Source: Thermoanaerobaculia bacterium (GTDB lineage Bacteria; Acidobacteriota; Thermoanaerobaculia; Multivoradales; JAGPDF01). From it: a stretch of 37,076 nt of DNA. Each line of letters starts with the position of its first letter. Position 1 is the stretch's first letter. Location: contig JAYTAM010000202.1 in NCBI GenBank assembly GCA_043737505.1, positions 1 to 37,076 on the forward strand. Reading direction: 5' to 3'. The position numbers and the translations under genes were made by a program. The notes under the pieces were generated by a model. It saw nothing but the letters and a program-made list of their open reading frames with translations, made no database searches and was not told the DNA's origin. Shown piece by piece: positions 30,557 through 37,076 of the stretch.

Positions 30557-30910
30557 ATGGCAACCCGCAAAGACGTCCACCGCCCCGGCATGATCGAGCC
30601 GAGCGAGTATCGCTACCTGTTCTCATATTCGACCGGCGGTTGGGGCTGGAATATGGCCCTTCTGTGGTCGACGTACGACGGCGAGCCCCACCCTGAGCCG
30701 GTGTACGGCACGGACCTACTCGGCGCCATCGTCGTGATCGGGCATACCGTCGTGACCTCACCTTGGGGCAAGCTACCCTACTTCAGCAAGGCCGAGCGGA
30801 CCGGGGGCTGCGATATCTGCGGGGCGCGCTACTCGCACGGCGACGTTTGGCGCCACGAGCCGACCGGCGATTGCATCAAGGTCGGCCGGCTCTTGGCGGT
30901 GGCGGCATGA
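30557..30910 (+). CDS. hypothetical protein (117 aa) with C-terminal CxxCG motif
   Basis: Track ORF 30506..30910 trimmed to ATG 30557 (RBS plus promoter geometry). Sequence MATRKDVHRPGMIEPSEYRYLFSY..GGCDICGARYSHGDVWRHEPTGDCIKVG. Confidence 0.65.
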   Translation: MATRKDVHRPGMIEPSEYRYLFSYSTGGWGWNMALLWSTYDGEPHPEPVYGTDLLGAIVVIGHTVVTSPWGKLPYFSKAERTGGCDICGARYSHGDVWRHEPTGDCIKVGRLLAVAA

Positions 30911-32523
30911 CCGCTCCGAAAATCGAGCTCCGGGGCGAAGCCCGGGTCCGCCCCGAGCACGAAGCGCTGAGCGGCGAGACCGAGGCGCAGGCCGACCTCA
31001 TCACCTTCGATCATTGGCCGCCCCGGGAACTGCCCGGCCTGAGCCGCTGCGCGATCCCGGAGCCGCGGCACCTCCCCGCGGAAGCGGTGGCGGCTGTGCT
31101 CCACCTGGTCCTCGCGGGTCAGGCGACGCTCTCTCTGCTCGACGACGTCGACTTCGAGACCCGCTATTGCAACGAGGTGCTCTTCGCGGTCGACGCGCCG
31201 GACGGGCGTTGGCTGATTCAGATTTTCAACGACTGCGCCGAGGTCGATTACGTCGACCGGGCGCTGGCACCCGACGGGCGCTCCGGCGACTTCGACTCCT
31301 GGTGTGCTGAGCCGGGAGACTTGTGGCCGCTTCAACTGCTGACCGACGAAGAGGAGTCCCGACTCGAAGAGATGATCTTCGCGCTGGAACCGATCGGCCG
31401 GCCGAAGTGCCCGATCTGCGGGGCGCCGGGCTTTCTCGGCCTCGCCGGGGAGGGGCTGGTGTTCTCGTACGGCGACCGGTGCCCCGGCGAAGACCGGGTA
31501 GACGCGGTGGTCGGCGAGCCTTGGCCGAACCCCGGACGCGACCCGCTGATTGACGAGTGGAATCGCACGCACGGCGGCCCGACCGAAGGCGAGCCGTGGC
31601 GCGCATTTGTCGAAAAGTGGAACGCCGACTACCGCACGGAACACGACGCCGAAATCGCGCAGTTGGAAACCTACCTCGCCGCGGGCGGTCAACTCGTCCC
31701 GCGCGAACGTAGGGTTGTTGTCGGCCGGGATCTTGCCGCACCCGAAGGGGATCACTCGCCTGCGGTTCTCGCCGCGCGGCAGGCGGACGGCCCCGGCGAG
31801 CTCCGGTTTCTGAAGAACCGGCAGGCGGGGGTGGCCGAGCCAAAGTATTTCCGCGCCTGGGATCTCGGTGCGCCCGGCGGGGATCACTCAACCGCCGTGC
31901 TCGCGACACAGGCGGACGACGGGACGATCACGGTCAGCGGCTCGTTCGAACTCCACGCTACGCCTGAGGACGAGGCCCGCATCAAGGAGTCGTTTCGCGC
32001 GCAGCTCGCCTCGCTCGACCAGCTGATCACTGCCGTCCGCCGGCTCCCCAACATCGTCGACCTTTGGGCACAACGCCAGCTTTCTGACCGCACGGCTCGC
32101 CTCTACCGCCGGGTCTACGGCAAGCTGCCCCCGGGCTCGAACCGGACGGCGCGGCTCCGGAAGAAGCGGCTACGCGGGATGCCGACGCGCGACCATCTGG
32201 TTTGGTTGCTCGACCGACAGCGGGAGAAGCGGGCTCTGGCGGGGATGCCCGCGGGAGACCGAGAAGCTCTGCGCCGGCAGGCGCACCGGGAGAAGGTCGA
32301 CCACGACAAGGCGCTTTGGGCGGGGCGGATCGCGGAGACGCGCGAGCGGATCACGGCCATCAAGGCTCAGGCGGCGGAGGGTGGTCAGGCGTTGTTGGTG
32401 CTACCGCGGCGCGAGCCTATGCCAGAAGAGGGGGCCCGCGAATACGACCACCGGGTTGCGAAATGGATGTTCGAGCCGGCCGGAGTTCCGAAGCCAGAGC
32501 GGGGTCTCCCGCGAAAGGATTGA
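30907..32523 (+). CDS. hypothetical multi-domain protein (538 aa) with Lar-like zinc ribbon and a tandem duplicated DLxAPxGDHSxAVLA module
   Basis: Track ORF 30763..32523 trimmed to ATG 30907 (ATGA overlap). Residues about 165-221: RPKCPICGAPGF..RCPGE..DPLIDEWNRTH. Duplicated segment at 31727-31790 and 31858-31919. Basic C-terminal third. Confidence 0.65.
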   Translation: MTAPKIELRGEARVRPEHEALSGETEAQADLITFDHWPPRELPGLSRCAIPEPRHLPAEAVAAVLHLVLAGQATLSLLDDVDFETRYCNEVLFAVDAPDGRWLIQIFNDCAEVDYVDRALAPDGRSGDFDSWCAEPGDLWPLQLLTDEEESRLEEMIFALEPIGRPKCPICGAPGFLGLAGEGLVFSYGDRCPGEDRVDAVVGEPWPNPGRDPLIDEWNRTHGGPTEGEPWRAFVEKWNADYRTEHDAEIAQLETYLAAGGQLVPRERRVVVGRDLAAPEGDHSPAVLAARQADGPGELRFLKNRQAGVAEPKYFRAWDLGAPGGDHSTAVLATQADDGTITVSGSFELHATPEDEARIKESFRAQLASLDQLITAVRRLPNIVDLWAQRQLSDRTARLYRRVYGKLPPGSNRTARLRKKRLRGMPTRDHLVWLLDRQREKRALAGMPAGDREALRRQAHREKVDHDKALWAGRIAETRERITAIKAQAAEGGQALLVLPRREPMPEEGAREYDHRVAKWMFEPAGVPKPERGLPRKD

Positions 32524-32527
32524 ACCA

Positions 32528-32875
32528 ATGGGCATCATTCAGAATCACGCCATCATCGTCACCGGCTACGATCCCGCCCGGGTCGCCGAGGCCCGCGCGG
32601 TCGCGGCCAAGTTCTTCGACCAAGACTGGAACACGGGCGGACCGATCGTCTCGAACGTCGTCGGCCAGAAGATCAACGGCGGCGCATCGTTCTTTGTCGG
32701 CCCGGACGGTTCGAAGGAGGGCTGGTCCGAGTCCGAGCAGGGCGACAAGATCCGGGCGCTGTTCATCGCCTGGCTCGAAGCTCAACTCGGATACCTGAAG
32801 TACGTCGAGGTCAGTTTCGGGGAGACCGGAACGGGCGTGACCGCGGCCAACACGGCGAAGGGCGAACCGCAATGA
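32528..32875 (+). CDS. hypothetical protein (115 aa)
   Basis: Track ORF 32381..32875 trimmed to ATG 32528, 5 nt after the upstream stop. Sequence MGIIQNHAIIVTGYDPARVAEARAVAAKFFDQDWNTGGPIVSNVVGQKINGGASFFVGPDGSKEGW. Confidence 0.6.
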   Translation: MGIIQNHAIIVTGYDPARVAEARAVAAKFFDQDWNTGGPIVSNVVGQKINGGASFFVGPDGSKEGWSESEQGDKIRALFIAWLEAQLGYLKYVEVSFGETGTGVTAANTAKGEPQ

Positions 32876-33078
32876 CACCGGAAGAGCACAAGGCTCGACA
32901 CGTCGAGCTTCACCGGGCGCTCGACGAGCTGATCGCCGATTGGATCGGCAGCACCACGAAGCTCCCCTCGACGTCGACCGTGCTGGAGCTGATGGAGTGG
33001 AGCCACGGCCAGACGCTTGCCACGGACCCGATCCCGGAAGAGGTTGCCTCGCGACCCGAAGCCAGTGAACAGCCCTAG
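32872..33078 (+). CDS. hypothetical protein (68 aa)
   Basis: Track ORF with ATGA overlap. Sequence MTPEEHKARHVELHRALDELIADWIGSTTKLPSTSTVLELMEWSH. Confidence 0.55.
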   Translation: MTPEEHKARHVELHRALDELIADWIGSTTKLPSTSTVLELMEWSHGQTLATDPIPEEVASRPEASEQP

Positions 33079-33087
33079 AAACCACAA

Positions 33088-33118
33088 GGGCCGGTCCCCC
33101 GGGGAAGGGAACCGGCCC
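33088..33118 (+). terminator. GC-rich hairpin after the stop at 33078 (possible weak terminator or processing site)
   Basis: GGGCCGGU-(15 nt loop CCCCCGGGGAAGGGA)-ACCGGCCC, an 8-bp perfect stem. No U-tract follows. Confidence 0.3.
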
Positions 33119-33166
33119 ACCTGAACCGAAGTGCCGGGGTCGAAGCCGGCCGGAGAGAAACGAACG

Positions 33167-34837
33167 ATGACGACTGTAGCGAAGGCGAAGGCGGCCGTCA
33201 AGGCCGGGCCGGACCCCAAGGCGGAACTCACGGCACTCCTGAAGGCGATGACGCCGATTGTCTGGATTCGGACGACCGAGGAGCACCGGGTCGAGCAGGA
33301 GATCAACTCGGTGGCGACCGGCCTGGCGGTGAAGCTCGGCGGCAACGGAGCTACGAAAGCGTTCGAGACGATCTTCTGGGACGCGGCGTTCGGCGGTCGC
33401 GGGTGGGACGGCAAGGAGGTCGACGGCGTGGAGCAGAAGGAGGAAATGGGGCTGTTCGCGCTGGTACGCGAGCGGATCTGGACCGCGTACATGAAGCGCC
33501 CCGTGGTCTGGGTTTTGCGCGACGCCGAGAAGCTTTTGGCGCTGGAGAAGCTCGCCGGCCGGGCGCTCTTGACGGTCGCCCGCCGCTTGGTGCGCTGCAC
33601 CGATCCTCTCGAACGGCAGATGATCGTCGTCGTCAGTTCAGCCCCGGTGCCGGCTGAGCTACAGCACGCGGCCCGCGCCCTCGAATGGCCCCTCCCGGAC
33701 CGCGCCACGATCGAGAACATGATCGGCAAGACGGCCCGGAGCATCAACATGGAGCTCGCGCCGGCCGAACTGGAGGGCCTGGTCGCCGCATCGGCGGGGC
33801 TCGGCGCCCACGAGATCGAACAGGCGCTCGCCGTGAGCCAGGCTTGGACCGGAGGGAAGTTCGACGCCGACCGGATCTCTCGGGAGAAGCGGGCCGCGGT
33901 CGAACGCTCCGGCGCCTTGACCTGGTACGAACCCGACCCCCGCGGGCTCGACGCGATCGGAGGACTCGGGGAACTGAAGCGGTGGCTTCTCGCGCGGCGC
34001 GCGGCGCTGTCGCCAGAAGCCCGCGCCTACGGCCTGCCGGCCCCGAAGGGGCTCCTGATCGTCGGCCCGGCCGGGACCGGCAAGAGCCTTACCGCGAAGT
34101 GCGTCGGCGCCGCGTGGGGCGTGCCGGTTCTAAGGCTCGACCCTGGCGCGGCAAAGTCGAAGTGGGTAGGGGAGAGCGAAGAGCGGATCCGCGAGGCGCT
34201 GAAGCTCGCTGCCGCCGCTGCGCCGGTCATCCTATGGGTGGACGAGATCGAGAAATCTTTGGGCGGCAGCTCCGAAGGGGCGCATCAGGTCGACCGGGAC
34301 GCGCTCGGAACGATCCTGACTTGGATGTCCGAGGAACGGAACAGCGGCCCGGTATTCGTTGTTGCCACTTGCAACCAAGTCGAGACTCTGCCGCCGGAGC
34401 TTCTACGAAAGGGGCGTTTCGACGAGATCTTCTTCGTCGATCTGCCGACCGCGGAAGAGCGGGCGGAGATCTTCGCGGCCTCCCTCCGCGGCCTGCCGGT
34501 ACCGCGCGACCCGCGAAAGTTCGATCTGGTCACGATGGCCCGCGACACCAAGTTCAACGACTTTTCTGGCGCCGAGTTGGACGCCGCGGTGCGCTCCGGG
34601 CTCTACGTCGCCTTCGCTGCGGGGCGGGAGTTGACGGCCGAGGACATCGTCGCCGAGGCCGAGAAAACCGTTCCGCTGGCGCGGACGCGACCAGAGGCGA
34701 TCGACCGGCTGCGAACCTGGGCGGCGAACCGCGCGCGCAAGGCTGCGCTTCCGCCGCGAGAGGTCGCGGTTTCGAGCGAGCGGGTGTTCGATGCTGGCGT
34801 TGTTTCAGTCGAAGATTCGGCCGAAACCGGGGCTTGA
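33167..34837 (+). CDS. Ycf46-type AAA+ ATPase (degenerate N-terminal domain plus classic-clade AAA module)
   Basis: Track ORF trimmed to ATG 33167 (GGAGAGAAACGAACG leader). Walker A GPAGTGKS, Walker B ILWVDEIEK, sensor-1 VATCN, LLRKGRFDEIFFVDLP. The N-terminal half (PIVWIRTTEEHRVEQEI..VVWVLRDAEKLL..MIVVVSSAPVPAEL..WPLPDRATIENMI) lacks a P-loop, as in Ycf46-like proteins. Confidence 0.8.
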   Translation: MTTVAKAKAAVKAGPDPKAELTALLKAMTPIVWIRTTEEHRVEQEINSVATGLAVKLGGNGATKAFETIFWDAAFGGRGWDGKEVDGVEQKEEMGLFALVRERIWTAYMKRPVVWVLRDAEKLLALEKLAGRALLTVARRLVRCTDPLERQMIVVVSSAPVPAELQHAARALEWPLPDRATIENMIGKTARSINMELAPAELEGLVAASAGLGAHEIEQALAVSQAWTGGKFDADRISREKRAAVERSGALTWYEPDPRGLDAIGGLGELKRWLLARRAALSPEARAYGLPAPKGLLIVGPAGTGKSLTAKCVGAAWGVPVLRLDPGAAKSKWVGESEERIREALKLAAAAAPVILWVDEIEKSLGGSSEGAHQVDRDALGTILTWMSEERNSGPVFVVATCNQVETLPPELLRKGRFDEIFFVDLPTAEERAEIFAASLRGLPVPRDPRKFDLVTMARDTKFNDFSGAELDAAVRSGLYVAFAAGRELTAEDIVAEAEKTVPLARTRPEAIDRLRTWAANRARKAALPPREVAVSSERVFDAGVVSVEDSAETGA

Positions 34838-34862
34838 CACGCGCCTAAGCTTGCGGTATCTT
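34834..34862 (+). promoter_or_regulatory. internal rightward promoter TTGACA-N17-TATCTT overlapping the AAA+ stop codon
   Basis: Plus strand reads GGGGCTTGACA-CGCGCCTAAGCTTGCGG-TATCTTTGG. The AAA+ TGA stop (34835-34837) lies inside the -35 hexamer. It is 26 nt upstream of ATG 34889. Confidence 0.55.
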
Positions 34863-34888
34863 TGGCGCACTGAACGGGAGAACGAATC

Positions 34889-35233
34889 ATGGTCGAGAAC
34901 ATCGAGAAAAGAACGGCGGCAGGGCAAGCGCTACTGGCGGCTTGCGGCGGAGATTACCGGCTCGCCATCTACACCCTTGCCGCAGGACAAGCGCAGGGAG
35001 CCGCCTCGGCGGCGGACGTGACCGAGCCGACCGACACCGACCGCCTGAACGTCCTCGAACCGATCTTGCGCAATAACGGGCTCGACTACACCGCCAAGCA
35101 TGACGGTTTCTCGATCCGCTACGGCTCCTTCGGCTGGACGCTCGAACCGACGGCAACGCTGCGGCAGAAGGCCGACCAACTGATCGCCGCGGGCGCCAAC
35201 GACCAGATCGTAGATGCCGAGGTGACGGCGTGA
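34889..35233 (+). CDS. hypothetical protein (114 aa)
   Basis: Track ORF with ATG start and a GGGAGAACGAATC leader. Balanced composition. Confidence 0.6.
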   Translation: MVENIEKRTAAGQALLAACGGDYRLAIYTLAAGQAQGAASAADVTEPTDTDRLNVLEPILRNNGLDYTAKHDGFSIRYGSFGWTLEPTATLRQKADQLIAAGANDQIVDAEVTA

Positions 35234-35451
35234 GCGCTCCGATCAAGGCCGGCCCAACCACGAAGCTGGAGCAATCCCGGGCGTGGATGACCGCGGGCAA
35301 CAGAAGCGATCTCGCCAAGGCGGCCGACGCTCTCTTGCAGCGGAGCGACGACGACTTTCAGCTCGCGGTCGAGGCGTTGTGTGCCGCCAACGAGCGCCAC
35401 CACGAAGCGATAGCCAAGCGCTTCGGCAAGCTCCGGGCGGTGCGCAAGTGA
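35230..35451 (+). CDS. hypothetical protein (73 aa)
   Basis: Track ORF with GTG start in a GTGA overlap. Confidence 0.55.
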   Translation: MSAPIKAGPTTKLEQSRAWMTAGNRSDLAKAADALLQRSDDDFQLAVEALCAANERHHEAIAKRFGKLRAVRK

Positions 35452-36047
35452 GCGCGCCGATCGTTCTGTGTCAAGGCGTGCCGCAGGGCGAAGAGGACTG
35501 GCGGGACGTGGTCGGGTTCGAGGGTTACTACCAGGTCAGCAGTCTTGGTCGAGTGAAGAGCGTGGCGCGCCTGAATGCCAGAGGTCGAAGGCTGCGCGAG
35601 AGAATTCTGCGGCCAATCCCGGATTGCTACCGGCGCTTCCGCGTGAGCCTATATAGGCCCGGTATCGCTGCGCGGCCGACCTGCATTCATCGCCTGGTAG
35701 CCAACGCCTTTCTCGGCGACCTTTCCGCTGGCGGGCTTGAGGTCTGCCATGGCCCGCTGGGCGTAGAAATCAACGCGGTGTCGAATCTACGATGGGACAC
35801 TCACGCGAACAACCAGGCGGACATGATTGCGCACGGGACCTCGACGAGGGGAGAGAGGAATCCGCAGGCCAAGCTCACCGTCGAACAGGTATACGCAATC
35901 CGGAGCCAGGAGGGGGTTGCCGGGATGAGAGAGGTCGCCAGGTGTTTCGGGGTAACCAAGGGAGCGGTTGATCTAATCTGGAAGCGGCAGAGGTGGGGAT
36001 ACCTGCCGAACGAACCCGCGCCTCTCGCGCGAGGAGCTACCGCATGA
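35448..36047 (+). CDS. NUMOD4/HNH_3 homing-endonuclease-like protein with C-terminal HTH (199 aa)
   Basis: Track ORF 35283..36047 trimmed to GTG 35448 (GTGA overlap). EDWRDVVGFEGYYQVSSLGRVKS, IHRLVANAFLG..EVCHGPLGVEINAVSNLRWDTHANN, MREVARCFGVTKGAVDLI. Paralog of 23020..23625. Lower GC. Confidence 0.8.
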   Translation: MSAPIVLCQGVPQGEEDWRDVVGFEGYYQVSSLGRVKSVARLNARGRRLRERILRPIPDCYRRFRVSLYRPGIAARPTCIHRLVANAFLGDLSAGGLEVCHGPLGVEINAVSNLRWDTHANNQADMIAHGTSTRGERNPQAKLTVEQVYAIRSQEGVAGMREVARCFGVTKGAVDLIWKRQRWGYLPNEPAPLARGATA

Positions 36048-36997
36048 GCGCGCCAGCGATCGTCATGGGCCAAGGGTTCATCGTTGTTCTCAAGAGCGAC
36101 GTGACCGGTGGCTACACGAACCTCCGGTTTCCGCTCGGAGACGAACCGGAAGGAGAGCACGGGCAGCTCCGTAAGTGGAGAACCGAAAAGCACATCGCCC
36201 ACGTCGAAGCGCTCGCCCGCGCCGAGAAGGTTCGTTCGGACGCGCGGAACATCGTCGTCAAGGCGTGCCGCAAGACCCCGGTGGCTCTCTTCCTTCCAGC
36301 ATCCGACGAGCCTAAGTTCGAGACCGCGCTCGCCGCCGCCAATGCGCTCATCACCGAGCACAACGTCAAAGCGATCGAAGAGGGGACGCCCGTAAAGGTG
36401 GCGCTCTTCGCGCTCCGCGGCCGGATCGGCGGCGAGAGCAGCAGGGCGGCGGAGCTGGCCTCGATCAAGAGCTGTGCCGCCGACCTCTTGGCGCAGCTCG
36501 GCGCTGCCGTCGCGGCGGGCGACGTGAAGACGCTCCGCGACCTGGCTACCCAGGCGCGCAGCCTCGGCCCCATGCTGGAAGACGGGAGCGAGGGGCGGAC
36601 CAAGCTCGACCGGGCTGTGAAGCAGGCTCGGGCGGTGGCGAAGGCCATCGTCGCGCGAGTGGTCGAGCAGGGCGAGCTGCTGGCGGACGTGCTCGCTTCG
36701 GCTCAGACCTCGGCCATCGCGGAGGCGCGGTTCGCCTTCGAGGTGGTGAGCGTGGACGATGACGAGAGCGATGAAGAGGCACCGGACGCGGCGGATGTGG
36801 CCGCGGCGATCGCACTGGCGGATGATGGGCTGGCCGACGACATTCTCCTGCCCGGCCTTACCGAAGGCGACGGACCTCCGCCATGGATTGACCCTGAGGC
36901 CGCCGAGGATCTGGACGAGGAAGACGACCAAGGGGCGGAAGAAGGCGACGGCGATCCCGAGGATGACGACGGGACCGAAGAGGAGCTTGGATTCTGA
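36044..36997 (+). CDS. hypothetical protein (317 aa) with strongly acidic C-terminal tail
   Basis: Track ORF 35993..36997 trimmed to ATG 36044 (ATGA overlap). Helical Ala-rich core. The last 80 aa or so are Asp/Glu-rich (DDDESDEE..EDLDEEDDQGAEEGDGDPEDDDGTEEE). Confidence 0.65.
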   Translation: MSAPAIVMGQGFIVVLKSDVTGGYTNLRFPLGDEPEGEHGQLRKWRTEKHIAHVEALARAEKVRSDARNIVVKACRKTPVALFLPASDEPKFETALAAANALITEHNVKAIEEGTPVKVALFALRGRIGGESSRAAELASIKSCAADLLAQLGAAVAAGDVKTLRDLATQARSLGPMLEDGSEGRTKLDRAVKQARAVAKAIVARVVEQGELLADVLASAQTSAIAEARFAFEVVSVDDDESDEEAPDAADVAAAIALADDGLADDILLPGLTEGDGPPPWIDPEAAEDLDEEDDQGAEEGDGDPEDDDGTEEELGF

Positions 36998-37076
36998 TGC
37001 GACGATACCTGATCTGGTTCGCGGTGAACGGCGCGACCGGAGTCCTGCTCTGGTACGCGCTGGCGGAAGGCTCTGT
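36997..37076 (+). CDS. 5' end of a membrane protein gene (partial, runs off the window)
   Basis: ATG 36997 overlaps the upstream TGA by 1 nt. MRRYLIWFAVNGATGVLLWYALAEGS is hydrophobic. Not in the ORF track because there is no stop in the window. Confidence 0.4.
   Translation, partial: MRRYLIWFAVNGATGVLLWYALAEGS

Noticed and set aside
30048-33750. Minus-strand ORFs 30048..30761, 30829..31887, 31226..31909, 32417..33286 and 32782..33750
   Set aside because: They are antisense or out of frame relative to the chosen genes (rightward genes from 30557 onward, and the leftward gene 29489..30400 for the left part of 30048..30761). They cross the promoter region or the gene junctions and are Arg/Pro/Ser-rich. 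They are not supported by an RBS.
33685-36931. ORF 33685..34848 (+, alternative frame of the AAA+ gene) and ORF 35801..36931 (-)
   Set aside because: The AAA+ motifs are all in the 33167 frame. The 376-aa minus ORF is an antisense shadow of the HNH and acidic-tail genes, with Arg/Leu/Gly-rich sequence.
1-37076. Search by eye for tRNA/rRNA genes, CRISPR arrays, integrase/att sites, and capsid, portal or terminase genes
   Set aside because: Nothing was recognised. No GGTTCGAATCC-type T-arm context was found, and no spacer-repeat arrays. No tyrosine or serine recombinase motifs appear in any credible ORF. Absence cannot be proven without tRNAscan-SE, Infernal or HMM searches.

Overview
GC-rich window (roughly two-thirds G+C by eye, not computed). 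It reads as the early/accessory half of a dsDNA phage or prophage-like element. No homology search was possible, so all family calls are motif recognition on the supplied or hand-made translations. Back-to-back sigma70-like promoters at 30448-30529 split the window. (i) A >30 kb leftward array holds about 52 tightly packed genes, most joined by 4-nt ATGA/GTGA/TTGA stop-start overlaps, with many GTG/TTG starts that the ORF track renders as M. In transcription order it contains: an SMC/Rad50-like ATPase module; Lar-like zinc-ribbon proteins; a small lipoprotein; an HNH homing endonuclease; a RecE-like PD-(D/E)XK exonuclease plus RecT; XRE, RHH and PadR regulators; an ASCH-like protein; a T5orf172 nuclease-like protein; a replication module (initiator with internal iterons, DnaC-like loader, DnaB helicase); a second small HNH; a holin-like membrane protein; a promoter-equipped Cys-rich lipoprotein; and an exported tail-fibre-like protein that runs off the left edge and is absent from the ORF track. 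(ii) A rightward operon (30557 onward) has four unknown proteins, a Ycf46-type AAA+ ATPase, a third copy of the same promoter, a second NUMOD4/HNH homing endonuclease and an acidic-tailed protein. Most long ORFs antisense to these genes are Arg/Pro/Gly-rich GC-shadow frames and were rejected. I recognised no rRNA, tRNA, CRISPR array, integrase, capsid, portal or terminase. The most interesting signals are: a phased iteron array plus AT-rich core inside the initiator gene (candidate origin); a family of near-identical TTGACA-N17-TATCTT promoters; an immediate-early SMC-like module with no nuclease partner; an envelope-directed Cys-rich module at the left end; and an RHH gene with its own promoter nested in-frame behind a SLOG-like remnant.
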